64,000 bases of DNA, taken from assembly GCA_964016885.1 (NCBI GenBank), contig OZ024756.1:21328001-21392000 (forward strand). The letters run 5' to 3'. The DNA is from Eledone cirrhosa (Eukaryota). Every line of letters begins with the position of its first letter. The first letter of the stretch is position 1. Below, piece after piece: positions 15,295 to 36,129 of the stretch. The position numbers were made by a program, and so were the translations under genes. The notes beneath the pieces are model-generated. The model made no database searches. It was given only the letters and a program-made list of their open reading frames with translations, and had not been told where the DNA came from.

Positions 15295-15681
15295 TTATAC
15301 ACGGCTCAGAAATATTTCTTTCTTCGAGCTAATTCCATTGTAAAAGTATTCATTACACTTAATAATATATATCAGCATGGCCTCAGCCGGATGGCTGAAA
15401 CATGGAAAAGAGTAAAAGAATATATATATAGAGAGAGAAGTTGGAAATAGCACGGAAAGTATATTTTAGGGTCTGATTCGTCAAAGTGACATTATTGGAA
15501 AGATGGCGATGGATTGGCAGTATCGGTAGAGGGTTGGACGCCATGCTTTGACGCATTGAGTTACGGCTCTTGCCCTTCTGAGTTCAAATCCCCTATTCGA
15601 GTATATATATGTATATATATATATATATATATAGTATATAGTGAAGTATATATATGTATATATATATATATAGTATATAGT

Positions 15682-15890
15682 GAAGGCGTGTGGCTGAGTG
15701 GTTAGAGAATTGGATTCACAATCGTAAGGTTGTGAGTTCGATTCCTGGACCAGGCGATGCGTTATGTCCTTGAGCAAGACACTTTATTTCACGTTGCTCC
15801 TTCTACCTGGAGTTGCGACCTATAGATAGTATTAGCAATTGGAAAGACCAACGGAAACATTGTTCCCTCGGTCCGATTTGACGAAAGTCG
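15682..15890 (+). mobile_element. tRNA-derived SINE family B
   Basis: A box TGGCTGAGTGG, B box GAGTTCGATTCC, same body as the 6760 copy. Confidence 0.8.
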
Positions 15891-16249
15891 ATCGTTCCTT
15901 TATATATATATACATGGTGTATCAAAAAGTTTATAATTCAAAAGTCTATATGTTTGAAACGACTACGGAATCTCGCTGTGAATCAGGAGGCGACCACTGT
16001 CAACAAAAGTACTCAATACGTTAGAAGGGAATAGGTATATTCATTATTTTTTTTGAAGTGACTTCTACATAATTAGAGCTGTTTCAATCTTAAGAAACCA
16101 TCTCTAAATTTCTGATGATTTCTCACGTATGAAACGGCTCTAGTCCGGTAGAAGTCATTTCTATAATAAAATGAATATGATATATATATATATATGTATA
16201 TTCATTCATTTTATTAAGCTACTCATCCCACTATACATATGTGTGTATG

Positions 16250-16256
16250 TATGTAT

Positions 16257-16317
<61 letters not shown>

Positions 16318-16390
16318 ACAAACACACCACACACACACCACACACACACACACACCACACACCACACACACAACACACACACACCACACA

Positions 16391-16446
<56 letters not shown>

Positions 16447-16526
16447 TTTATATATTTGTACATAATAGAGCATATCCTAGAGTAGACTAATATATTCGTC
16501 ATATCAATATCAATAAAACGTTATAA

Positions 16527-16614
<88 letters not shown>

Positions 16615-16798
16615 GTTTTAATATTCTGCGGGTACATCAAAGCTGGTCAAGAATGTAAGAGTATACATTTGAATATACCCCCCCCCCCCACATATATATA
16701 TACCCATCTATTTAGGTACATAAATAAATAGTTCTGATATATGTATATGCATTATATATATGTATGCATATGAATATATGTATATATATATATATGTT

Positions 16799-16833
<35 letters not shown>

Positions 16834-16986
16834 ATATATGCATATAAATAAACATATTTATTACAAAAATATGTTGTTATTAATGCTTTTGTGAAGGGCG
16901 GAAGTGTGTACGTACGTGTGTACGTACGTGTGTGTATATTTACACACATACACACACATACATATATATATTTACACACACATACT

Positions 16987-17021
<35 letters not shown>

Positions 17022-17348
17022 TTATATATATTTATCCACACCTACTCTTACATACATAAACACACATATATTTATATATATTTATACACACATACTCATA
17101 CATACATACATACACGCATACAGACACACACATATATATTTATACACACATATACATACATACATACATATATATACACACATACTCATACACACACAAA
17201 CACACATACATATTTATATATATTTATCCACACCTACTCTTACATACATAAACACACACATATATTTATATATATTTATACACACATACTCATACATACA
17301 TACATACACGCATACAGACACACACTTATATATTTATACACACATACT

Positions 17349-17382
<34 letters not shown>

Positions 17383-17562
17383 TATACACACACATACTCA
17401 TACAGACACACAAACACACACACATATTTATATATATTTATCCACACTTACTCTTACATACATAAACACACACATATATTTATATATATTTATACACACA
17501 TACTCATACATACATACATACACGCATACAGACACACACATATATATTTATACACACATACT

Positions 17563-17594
<32 letters not shown>

Positions 17595-18008
17595 CACACA
17601 CGTACTCATACACACACAAACACACACACATATTTATATATATTTATCCACACCTACTCTTACATACATAAACATACACATATATTTATATATATTTATA
17701 CACACATACTCATACATACATACACGCATACAGACAAACACATATATATTTATACACACATACTCATACATACATACATACATACACGCATACAGACACA
17801 CACATATATATTTATACACACATACTCATACATACATACATACATACACGCATACAGACACACACATATATATTTATACACACATACTCATACATACATA
17901 CATACATACACGCATAAAGACACACACATATATATTTATACACACATACTCATACATACATACTCATACATACATACACGCATACATACACACACATATA
18001 TATTTATA
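16250..18008. repeat. (CA)n/(TA)n arrays with a ~190-215-bp higher-order repeat in 16930-18000
   Basis: TTTATCCACACCTACTCTTAC recurs at ~17031, 17223, 17437 and 17643. Confidence 0.88.
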
Positions 18009-18555
18009 TTGAAATGAAAGATGTTTGACGAGGGCGTGACACGAATTTCACACTGACATGACCGAGGTGTTTTTGAGGACATCCACATTTCTCAATTCTC
18101 TTCTACCTAACAATAGTGGAACGTCTAAGGAGGAAACACAAGAGATATATTTCGTCTCTTTTCTTTCTACCCTTAACAAGGGCAATGAAGGTGGGGCTTG
18201 GAGGATGACCCCCGCCCCCACATCATTATATTTGTCTCCCCAAATTATTTGTATATATGCTACAGTTCATATACATGTTCTGTTTATAGCATATCGAAGT
18301 TTTTTTTATATCTTGGTTGATATTTGATAATAATACTTTTGGGACTTGTCCGCGGGGTGCAACCGTTCTGCTCACATACCCTAGGCCCAAAGCCCAATCA
18401 TTCTCCCCCTTCACCCTACCCTTGTCTTCTGCGACACCAGTGTTCTTGTCATCATCTCTCCTTCCCGTTCGTTTTTTCTTTCTTTTTCTCTTTTTTTCTC
18501 TATATTTTCCTATTTTTCTTTTGTTTCCTTTTCTTTTTTATTAATGTTATTATTA

Positions 18556-18700
18556 TTTGAAAAGGAAAATCAGGGTGGAGAGGGAAGTGCTTGTTGAAAG
18601 ATGGGTGAGAGAAGTACAACTGTCCCGAATGAATGGGCCTGCACTGTGTATGCGCCTGTAAATTGAGGGTGGAAAACTGGGAGAGGGCCCTTGCCACCAA
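18556..18700 (+). mobile_element. L1/Tx1-like LINE 3' remnant
   Basis: LKRKIRVEREVLVERWVRE..RMNG..L* followed by GGTGGAAAACTGGGAGAGGGC, shared with the 39469-39789 insertion. Confidence 0.55.
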
Positions 18701-18761
18701 CGACAATCGGTTTCTTTCCTTTTCTCCTCATACTTTTTATTAAGTTCTTTAATTCATGTTT

Positions 18762-18917
18762 AGGCGGTGAATTGGGAAAGTTGTTAGAACATACGATAGG
18801 GTGCTTTGCGGTATTCGTTTCGGTTCTCGTCTCTCTGAGTTCAAATCCCGCCGAGGTGAAATTTGCCTTTCATCCATTCGAAGTTGATAAAAAAGTACCA
18901 ATCTAGTACTGGGGTAG
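18762..18917 (+). mobile_element. Divergent SINE related to family A (older subfamily)
   Basis: Head GGCGGTGAATTGGGAAAGTTGTTAG, B box GAGTTCAAATCC, then TTTGCCTTTCATCC core. Confidence 0.7.
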
Positions 18918-18944
18918 ATTCTTCCTCTATATTTCTTATTCACT

Positions 18945-19594
18945 GTGGATTGGCAGTATCGGTAGAGGGTCGGACGCCATGCTTTCCAGCATAGTTACGT
19001 CCCTTTACGATCTGAGTTCAAATCCCGCCGAGGTTGACTTTGCCTTTCATCCTTACGGGGTCGATAAAATAAAAGTACCAGTAATGCACTGGTTAATTAC
19101 TGGCCTTGTGCCTAAAATAGAAACAATTATCTCACTCTCTGTCAAATCCCGCCGAGGTTAACTTTGCCTTTCATCCTTACGGGGTCGATAAAATAAAGTA
19201 CCAGTAATGTACTGGTTAATTGCTGGCCTTGTGCCAATAGTAGAAACAATTATCTCACTCTCTGTCTTTCTCTAGAAGAACTCTGCTGTATTCTGACCTG
19301 GAGAAGAGATAGACTCAACCGGGTTAAAAAGAAATACCCTAGAACCGTCGATTCCATCAGGATTTACGGGACCATGCATGCATTCATGTTTGCTTTCACT
19401 CAGTCTTTCTCTGTAGAGCGGCAGTATCGGTAGAGCGTCAGACACCATGCTTTTCAGCATAGTTATGGCCCTTTACGTTCTGAGTTAAAATCCAGCCGAG
19501 GTTACCTTTGCCTTTCATCCTTACGGGATCGATAAAATAAAGTACCAGTAATGCACTGGGTAATTGGTGGCCTTGCGTAAAAAACTAGAAACAG

Positions 19595-19596
<2 letters not shown>
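18945..19596 (+). mobile_element. SINE family A cluster: full copy 18945-19130, tandemly duplicated 3' part 19142-19266, copy 19420-19596
   Basis: A/B boxes. The duplicated segment includes the flanking TATCTCACTCTCTGTC. Confidence 0.85.
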
Positions 19597-19630
<34 letters not shown>

Positions 19631-19664
19631 CAAAAGCCCTTTTGATATACTATATATATATATA

Positions 19665-19705
<41 letters not shown>

Positions 19706-19769
19706 ATGTATATATATATATATACATACACACACATATATATATATACATATATGTGTGTGTATGTGT

Positions 19770-20190
19770 GAGTGTGTATATTTATGTTTGTGAATGTATG
19801 TTCATGAATGCATGAGGGCATATGTGTGTGTGTGTGTGTGTGTGTGTATGAGTATGAGTGCGTATATTTATGTTTGTGAATGTATGAGGGCATATGTGTG
19901 TGTATGAGTGTATGAGTATGAGTGCGTATATTTATGTTTGTGAATGTATGAGGGCATATGTGTGTGTGTGTGTGTATGAGTATGAGTGCGTATATTTATG
20001 TTTGTGAATGTATGAGGGCATATGTATGTGTGTGTGTGTATGAGTATGAGTGCGTATATTTATGTTTGTGAATGTATGAGGGCATATGTGTGTGTGTGTG
20101 TGTATGAGTATGAGTGCGTATATTTATGTTTGTGAATGTATGAGGGCATGTATGAGGGCATGTGTGTGTATTTATATTTGTGAATGTATG
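19770..20190. repeat. ~55-60-bp microsatellite-derived tandem repeat
   Basis: GAGTATGAGTGCGTATATTTATGTTTGTGAATGTATGAGGGCA repeated about 5 times. Confidence 0.88.
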
Positions 20191-20609
20191 TTTATATATG
20201 CGCGAGGTCATGCATATATGTGTATACTTGTATGTATATGTTGTATTGTGTATTTATGAACACATATCTGTCTGTTTAATGGTTTATTATTCTAATTTAA
20301 TTAAATAAAAATAAAACTCGATAACACAGCCTAAAGTGAGAGGTAACCTTTGACCCCTTTCAAATACACACACAGCTCTATTGTGCACTCTATCAGACTT
20401 CTCAATTCTTCAAATTAGGGGTTGTGATGGAGTAATGAACGTCACTGTATGTTGTGCAGCATTTCTATCCATATTCCTATAAAACTACCGCCACTCCTTC
20501 TCTCTCACTCTCTAGTCATCTCTCTCTCTTTTTTCTATATATAATTCTATATCTCTCTCTCACTCTCTAGTCATCTCTCTCTCTTTTTTCTATATATAAT
20601 TCTATCTAT

Positions 20610-22729
<2,120 letters not shown>

Positions 22730-23085
22730 TCTTCCTTTTCTTTTGTCTTCCCTTTCCTCTTTCTTTCTCTCCTTCCTTCATACGAATCGATACGTTAGGA
22801 ACGAAAGGCTGATACAAACATAGAAGAATAAACAAATACAAAACAGCTAAAACGAGCAAGAAAGAAAATAACAAGAAAAATAGTAAAAATGCTGAATAGG
22901 CGATTTCTATTGATATAACCTGTAAACTTTCATTTGGTGTCAATTAAAGGGGATTAAAGGATTATATAAGTTCAGAAATTACGTGTGGTCTTATGACATG
23001 AGATACCGTAATTAAACACCGCAAGATATTTAGTACGACACTCAACTGATATAGTCACTCCGACTTTTCCATCAATATTATTTAA

Positions 23086-23895
23086 TCGGTAGAGGGTCGG
23101 ACGCCATGCTTTGCAGCATAGAGTTACGTCCCTTTATGATCTGAGTTCAAATCCCGCTGAGGTCAACTTTGCCTTTCATCGTTACGAGGTCGATAAAATA
23201 AAGTACCAGTAATGTACTTGGATAATGCTGACCTTGTGCCAAAAGTAGAACCAATTATTTAATTATGAAGAGCGGTGGATTGGCAGTATTGGTAGAGAGT
23301 CGGACACCATGCTTTGCAGCATAGAGTTACGGCCCTTTACGGTCTGAGTTCAAATCCTGTCGGGGTTAACTTTGCCTTTCATCTTTACGGGGTCGATAAA
23401 ATAAAGTACCAGTCACGCACTGGGGTCGATTTAATCAACTTTCATCCTTGCCAGATCGATAACTAAAGTACCAGTAAAGTATTGGCTTCGATTTAATCTA
23501 CATTCCCCTCACCCCCAAATTGCTGGCCTTGTGCCTATATAAGAAACCATTATTTAATCATGAAGACAACTACTGTAGAAAAAAATCAGTAGAGCATCGG
23601 TCAAAATGTCTGGTTGGTGGTATTTATTACATCTTATGTTCCTGTGGAAATCTGTTCGTGTCTTCCATTAGTTCGGTGTCGATTAGGGTGGTGGATTGGC
23701 AGCATCGATCGGGTGCCATGCTTTGCAGCATAGAGTTATGGCCCTTTATGATCTGAGTTCAAATCCTGCCGAGGTTAACTTTGCCTTTCATCCTTATGGG
23801 GTCGATAAAATAAGGTACCAGTCACGCACTGGGGTCGATTTAATCAACTTTCACCCTTGTGGGGTCGATAAAATAAAGTACCAGTAATGTACTGT
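23086..23895 (+). mobile_element. Three SINE family A copies (23086-23260, 23272-23550, 23687-23895)
   Basis: A/B boxes. Two copies carry an internal duplication of the ACTTT..CATCCTT..GTCGATAAAATAAAGTACCAGT module. Confidence 0.85.
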
Positions 23896-24212
23896 ATTAC
23901 AGTTATTTTGGCAAGTCTTCCATTATTCCGGTTCGATTTCAACGGTTATCCCCACCCAACCCTCATTTTTATGTATATTGTATTTGCTTCACTTTGTTTT
24001 TATTTTCACGCCATTTCCTTTCATATATATATATATATATGTTTATGTAATAAACAACATAAGGCAATTATTTCATTTACCAGTGGTTTCTTAAAAGTAA
24101 AAAAATGTTGCTTTCAATCATCTGAATGAAAAAATCCTGGTGTATTTATTGGCGTTGGATTTAAAAAAAAGTTTTTTTTAAAAATCCAGCGCCAATAAAT
24201 ACACCAGGATTT

Positions 24213-24273
24213 TTTCATTCAGATGATTGAAAGCAAAATTTTTTTGCTTTTAAGAAACCACTGGTAAATGAAA
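24213..24273 (+). ncRNA. Hammerhead-like motif (family H2), with mirror copy at 24071-24131 on the minus strand
   Basis: Stem I TTTCATT/AATGAAA, core CAGATGA (U4A variant), long stem II TTGAAAGCAA/TTGCTTTTAA, GAAA, stem III ACCA-C-TGGT, GTA triplet. Confidence 0.5.
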
Positions 24274-24975
24274 TAATTGCCTTATGTTGTTTATTACATA
24301 ACTATTAAGCTCTATTACCTACACAGAGCACTCTTTTTTCCTGGACTTTTCCGACGGAATTACTTCATTTACACACACATATATATATATATATATAGAT
24401 ATAAATATCCCTTTTTCTTATATATATATATATGAGGGTGTTAAAGTTTGCTTGAAGCATTGTGAAATGTGTAAAATATGTAGTTTAGAAAGCCACAATG
24501 TTGTGGCTTTCTAAACTACATATTTTATAAAATACGTAGTTAAGAAAGCGACAACAATGCAGAGGGAAATCTCGAGGTAGGAAGTGAAAGATAGATAGGA
24601 AAAACAGGTGAAAGTGAAAATTGAGAGAGACAAAGATGAAAACAAAACAAAGGTAGAAGGGTTACCGTAGTGGAGATTTAATCCCAATATTTCGGGCTCA
24701 CGCCCATCAACGGGGGAAAGTTCCAAAAGGGGGGGAAACAGGCCAAGCGGAGAAAGTTGTGATGTCGTTAAGACAGGAATTAAATCTCCACTACGGTAAC
24801 CCTTCTACCTTTGTTTTGTTTTCATCTTTGTCTCTCTCAATTTTCACTTTCACCTGTTTTTCCTATCTATCTTTCACTTCCTACCTCGAGATTTCCCTCT
24901 GCATTGTTGTGGCTTTCTTAACTACGTATTTTACACATTTCACAATGCTTCAGGCAAACTTTAACACCCTCTTAC

Positions 24976-25017
<42 letters not shown>

Positions 25018-25030
25018 AGGGATATTTATA

Positions 25031-25091
<61 letters not shown>

Positions 25092-25132
25092 GTATATGTA
25101 TATATGTATATATCTGTGTTTTTTTCTCCCTT

Positions 25133-25179
<47 letters not shown>

Positions 25180-25589
25180 AAAATAGTCAGTACCCCGACG
25201 GCTGAGCTCCGGTCGAAACGGCCGGAGCTCAGCCGTCGGTGTCCTGACTCATTTCCTATTACCCCCTCTACCACCCTAAGTAGTGAGTACTCTGGTGCGT
25301 TATGGTCCACCTGATATCTTACCACACCCTCTTTGTTCTTTCTTATACACACACACACAAACGCTCATACATACACACTTACACACATATATAAATATAT
25401 GTGTGTGTGTGTGTGTGTGCGTGCACCCGTAACTCCTGATGGAGTTATGGGAGCACCATGGTAACATACGGTGTTTCTTGGGCATTTTAAAACCTGACGC
25501 AACCTATGTCCTCTCCGGGTCTGAATACAAAAGAATTTATCTTGGAGAGAGAGAGAGAGTGCGGGGGCGGGGGGGGGGGGGGGTCAGAA

Positions 25590-25843
<254 letters not shown>

Positions 25844-26405
25844 GGTTTTGCGGTTTACAGGTATAATTACCGAAGTGTTAAGTACATTACATGAATGTTA
25901 CAACTCTGTGTGAGATTATCAGAGAATGTTGGGCCTAACATTTTTTGCCAGTTAGGTTTTTTTAATAGTCCTGTTTATATATAGGGAGAGGCTTTAATTG
26001 CAGTATTTCAAAACTGTTTCCTTGCAAAATGTACTGAATAAGTCTTGTAGAAGTGTAAGATGTTATGTGCCAGGTGAAGGTTATTTTAAAAATCATTTTT
26101 ATTGCTTAGTCCTACGCCAGCCATATCTATGATCAAAGGCATTTCAACCATTTTCATTCATTCTTTTTACGGTTATGTAAGAATACGTAATCTAATGTGT
26201 GTTTTCTGCTTATTTAAAATTGTAGGGCGTGATGATTTTAGTTGTTTATATAGGGAGAGATTTTCAGTTTCTTTGTCTGTGTCCCTCCCTCCTCGAAATT
26301 TGTAGGAGATGGTCGCCTTTAGTTACAAGTATTTTGGAATAGGATAAAGCTTTTGATAAGCAACAAGATGAAACGTCTTAGTTAGGAAGATTTAATACTC
26401 TAGGA

Positions 26406-26475
26406 CAGAGGTCGGCAACTTCTTTGCCTCCTCGGGCCGGATCGAGTATTAATGACGGATAGTGGGCCGGACGAA
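26406..26475 (+). mobile_element. hAT-Charlie-like terminus
   Basis: CAGAGGTCGGCAAC terminus with two GGGCCGGA subterminal motifs, preceded by CTCTAGGA (near the NTCTAGAN target consensus). Other end not found. Confidence 0.5.
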
Positions 26476-26920
26476 GGCTATAAAAGAATAATTATGGAAG
26501 CTTACACAAGCTAAAATTTAATCATGAGTGTTGACTATACTTAAAAATAATTTGTATTAACCACAGCTGAATGTAGTAATAGAAAAACATCATTTATTCA
26601 ATTTAAGACATCGTTGGAATCATTTGTTTAAAAGTTCTAGAGTCTAGGACATGTTGGAATGCTTTCTTGAAGGCAAATATAACAAAATTGCTTTTGGTGA
26701 AGATATTGTGGGTGACAGATATCTTGAGGTACGGACAAAGTTTTGTGTAGTCTTGGGTTTTCCGATACTGCTGGTCAGTAAGGATAGAAAGTAACTTGAT
26801 ATAAGAAAGGACTTAGCTTTTTACACTAATCTATACAAGTGACTCTGTGTGTAATTACCGCTTCTTCCGGGTATACTGCAGTGTTTTTCACTGTTTTCCC
26901 TTCATTTTGAGGGGTGCGTG

Positions 26921-27160
26921 ATATACACCAAACCTAAGAGTTATACACTAAAACTAAGTGGTATACACTAAAACTGTTTTATTCACCGAAACTAAGGGAT
27001 ATACACCGAAACTAAGTGTTATACACCAAAACTAAGTGTTATACACCGAAACTAAGTGTTATACACCGAAACTAAGTGTTATACACCGAAACTAAGTGTT
27101 ATACACCGAAACTAAGTGTTATACACCAAAACTAAGTGTTATACACCGAAACTAAGCGGT
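26921..27160. repeat. 20-bp minisatellite, ~11-12 copies
   Basis: Unit ACTAAGTGTTATACACCGAA. Confidence 0.93.
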
Positions 27161-28053
27161 ATTCAGGAGAGCTAAACGTTATACTCTAAAAGTAGTCTTT
27201 TCCAGACATTTCTCTGGTCAGAAAGGCGTCATACACGAATGCGTGCAATACACGATATTAGGTCGATAGTCGACGGTGAATTCTCGGTTGATTTCAACGA
27301 TGAACTTTCAATTGTTTGTTCAACTTAATGCTCTTCTTGTAGTTATTGGACAGACAAGAGTACACTTCACATAATTCTCAGAAAGATTCAGCGTGGAAAA
27401 TGTAATAAGGGCGGATCTTTTAATTGTAGGGTACAATCCACACGATCCAAGGTTGTGGGTAAGAATCATTTGCCCAAAGAAGTCACGCAGTGAGATCGAA
27501 CACGGAACGGAAACTCGTGATTATAAATCGAACTTAAATAAAGTTGCTCTCCACCTGAACTGATGGTCCGCTGTTTTGGTAATAGTAGTGTTGGAAGCGG
27601 TGATAATGGTGGCTGTGATGGTATTGGCAATGATATTGGTGGTGATTGTGGGCGCAGGGGGAGGGTGGTATGATGTGGTTGTAGTAATGTAGGTGATGGT
27701 AGAGGGGGTAGTATTACCGTGCTTTCGGTATAAGTGCTGACATTTGCGGAAGTAGCAGTATTGGAGTTGGAGGTGGTAGTAGCTATGATAGTGGTGGTGG
27801 TTTATGGCGGTATAGGTGTTGCTGGAGGGGGTATGGAAGGTGGTATATGTATGTGGAGGGACATCGTGAGTATTTTCTGTAAGAACCCTGGGTAGAGGAA
27901 TGACACTTACATCGAGGACTTCGTCCAAGCACTTAGTTGTTTGGAAATCAGATCTCCTTTAAATATGTATATAAATAAATATAAGTAATGGAATTTCGAT
28001 ATCATGCTTTTATAAACATGCCTTTACAATTTATATATATAAACAAAATAGTG

Positions 28054-28551
28054 AATTAGTACAGTTATACAAAGTAGTATATTACTACGGTTATACAAAG
28101 TAGTATATTAATACAGTTATGGAAAATAGTATATTAGTACAGTTATAGAAAATAGTATATTAGTACGGTTATAGAAAATACTATATTAGTACAGTTATAG
28201 AAAATAGTATATTACTACGGTTATAGAAAATAGTATATTACTACGGTTATAGAAAATAGTATATTAGTACAGTTATAGAAAATAGTATATTAGTACGGTT
28301 ATAGAAAATAGTATTTTACTACGGTTATAGAAAATAGTATATTAGTACAGTTATACAAAATAGTATATTAGTACAGTTATACAAAATAGTATATTAGCGC
28401 AGTTATACAAAATAGTATATTAGTACTGTTATAGAAAATAGTATATTAGTACATTTATACAAAACAGTATATTAGTACAGTTAGTGCCAATCGTATATGA
28501 AGCATATTAGTACAGTTATACAAAATAGTATATTAGTACAGTTATACAAAA
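28054..28551. repeat. 26-bp minisatellite, ~18-19 copies
   Basis: Unit ATATTAGTACAGTTATAGAAAATAGT. Confidence 0.93.
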
Positions 28552-29025
28552 TGTGATCAGTGTACCAGGTCCCATCTCTCTCTTTCTCTATCTATCTCTC
28601 ACTTTCATACACACGCACACACACACATATATATATACATATATATATACATATATATAGCATACGCACAAATATAGACCCCCCAAACACACAGACACAG
28701 ACACACACTATATATATATATATATTAGATGAGGTCAGCTAGCAAGCAGCCAATCAAATGACATATAAACGAAGTATCTGCCGCTGTTTTTGGTGTTGTT
28801 CAGTTGTTCACTATTATTTTAACATTTCCCACTGTTTAATCAGTACTTCTGACTTTCCTAAATCAGGGTCTTTACTTCCTGTATCAATTTATCAGAAAAA
28901 ATAACATACACCATGATACAAGAGGTGTGGGAAGAGGTAGTATGTTGGTGGTAGTTGATGGCGTTCTAGGCGTTGTTGTTGTTTAGCCCCAGGTCGGCCT
29001 TGAACAGGCAAGTTTATGATCAATA

Positions 29026-29212
29026 TTGGCAGAATCGGTAGAGTGTCGGACAATATGACTTATGGCATAGGGTTTGGTCCCTTTACAATCTGTGTTCAAA
29101 TCCTGCCGAGGTTAGCTTTGCCTTTCATCCTTGTGGGGTCGATAAAATAAAGTACCAGTACTGGGGTCGATTTAATCGACATTCCCCTCCCCCAAATTGT
29201 TGGTCTTGTGGT
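29026..29212 (+). mobile_element. SINE family A
   Basis: TGGCAGAATCGG, GTTCAAATCC and conserved core. Confidence 0.85.
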
Positions 29213-30099
29213 TAAATGATTTTCAAGAAGACGGCATCTTTGTGTGTATGTATGCTTTTCTGGTTTTATTTAGATATTATCACCGAAATGAAATGTTATC
29301 ATCATCATCATCAGCGTCATCATTATCATCATCATCCTTATTATCATCATCATATCTTGGTTTATATTTGACGGCTAAACTGACCAAATTTGCCCTCCCC
29401 CATCATTCAGAAATGCTTCCACTGCCCCTGTATACGAAGTAAGTGTCGGGGTCTCCGCCCGCCGGAGAGTCTAGACCTCACGCACCCTAACCCTTATCCC
29501 ACTAGTTGCAACGTCTGAGACACGTCAGGTTATTGCTGTCTCATACGCTAGGAGAAGAAGACAAAGCATTAGACCCAGCAGAAATAGGACAGTGCAATAT
29601 GGTAAGACAGGGCCTTTGAATTTCTGACAATAAAAAAGTAATGGTGAGGGAAAGAAAAGAATCGATTCCAGTACTTGATTTTTATATTATTTATCAACGA
29701 CGATGAGTTGAAAGGCAAAGTTGACCTCGGTGAGATTTGAGTTCAGATTTCAAATGACTCTAACGATTATCGTAAATCATATATATTTGACGCTCATCGG
29801 GTTATTCTGCTCATTCATCGCATTTCTTGAACTGTATCAAAGAAAGGATTAAAGTAAATAGAAACTAATCCAGAAATAAAGAACCAAATACGCTAATAAA
29901 TACATACTCAAATGTAAGATATACCACAAACAGCCCAACTACTTCCGAAATCGTGTTCACTAAGATATACCATACTTTCAAATTGCGTTCACTTTTTAGA
30001 TAGAGAAGGAAAATATATATATAAAAAATATTGGTCGATGTATATATAAATATAAACTATAAATTTGACATAAGCAATATTAATAACAATAATAATAAC

Positions 30100-34480
<4,381 letters not shown>

Positions 34481-34814
34481 TATATACGTATGTTTATATA
34501 TAACACCATACCTGTAACATTACTCATATTAGTTTGGTCGATATTGTTTTTTGTAACTTCTGAATTGCTTCCTGTCCTTTGTTGTCAATGCTAAACCCCA
34601 GTAGATTCGATTACATTATTTGCAAAAAGTAGTAATAATTATTATTAGTATTATTAATTTCATTATTACATTCGTATTTCCTTATTGTTATGGTCGTGCT
34701 GGATTATTTTATTTGACAATATAGGAAAAAGAAATGGGTTCATCAAGTACAATATAGTATAAGTGGGAAGTTCAATAATCTCTCTCTCTTTCTATTTATA
34801 TCTACATATATATA

Positions 34815-34856
<42 letters not shown>

Positions 34857-34990
34857 TTATTATTATTATCGAGGGTTAACTTTGCCTTTCATCCTTACGG
34901 GGTCGATAAAATAAAGTACCAGTAATGTACTGGCTATTTGCTGGCCTTGTGCCAAAAGTAGAAACAATTATTATTATTATTATATTACAT

Positions 34991-35860
34991 TCCAAGTAAA
35001 GGGTGTCATGAATGATACAAAATCAAACATATTTCTTGTCTCTAAAACAGCTCAAGATAGAATTCAGAGAATTAAATCGAGCCTTAATCATTATGAGAAA
35101 GTGAATGAAATATATTCATACACAGATAACTGTGCATTAAGATATATCAAAGCTTAAGACTAGAGACAATCTGAACTGAATGTAAGATTACATAATTTGT
35201 TGAGCATCGTATTAAATTTAATAAAATATTAAAGCAAAATACCTGATAACGATCAATATATTTCCCTCATATATATTCTCCACAAAATCAGAATACATTT
35301 CAACAAATAAAGGCGAAATTAGATATTTTGCAACGGATAATCAGTGAGGGAATTTCAAAATCACCTAATCTCATTCAATACAGGGTTGAAAGTGGCTAAA
35401 CACACATAGTATCAATACATGAATTTAGCACCCGCAACAACATGAAAGAGTTCTTGTCCTCTAGAAATAGCAGTCCAACATCTCGACATATTAAACAGCT
35501 CACGAAATAAGGAGCAGAAATATTATTATTATTATTATTTTCAAAGCAAAGGATGTCATGAATGATACAAAATCAAACATATGTCTTGTTTCAAAAAACA
35601 GCTCAAGATAGAATTCAAAGAATAAAATCGAGCCTTAATCATTATAAGAAATTTAATGAAATATATTCATACACAGATAAGTGTGCATTAAGATATATCA
35701 AAGCTTAAGACTAGAGACAATCTGCACTGAATGTAAGCTTGCATGATTTGTTGAGTATCTTATTAAATTTAATAAAAAATTAAAACAAAATACCTGATAA
35801 CGATCAATATATTTCCCTCATATATATTCTCCACAAAATCAGAAAACATTTAACCAAATA
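34991..35860 (+). repeat. ~320-bp direct duplication (34991-35309 and 35541-35860)
   Basis: Colinear copies 550 bp apart with scattered substitutions. Confidence 0.9.
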
Positions 35861-36129
35861 TGTATATATGTATTTGGGATAATTAAATTTGTTAAGGTAA
35901 GATTATTTCGTTATCTTGGCACCTTTAATTTTCTAATGCATTGTATGGTTTTTAAAATTATTTAGATTTATATATATATATATAAGCTACATATTATGAA
36001 AGCTGATAACGGCAGTCTTCCCCAGTTCGCAGCTGTTGCGGTCCGTGTTCGCTTTGCCGAGTCCAGTGGGCGCAGGTTGGTGTACCTGGAGTCTGCCGAT
36101 TTTGTCAATCCACCATCATTTATTCAATA

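Noticed and set aside
16112-16140. CTGATGA...GAAAC here and at 37797 as intact hammerheads
   Set aside because: Stem II cannot pair properly. Kept only as degenerate members of the broader finding.
26606-26775. Minus-strand frame QYRKTQDYTKLCPYLKISV... as an exon or transposase
   Set aside because: Weak acceptor and no motif recognised.
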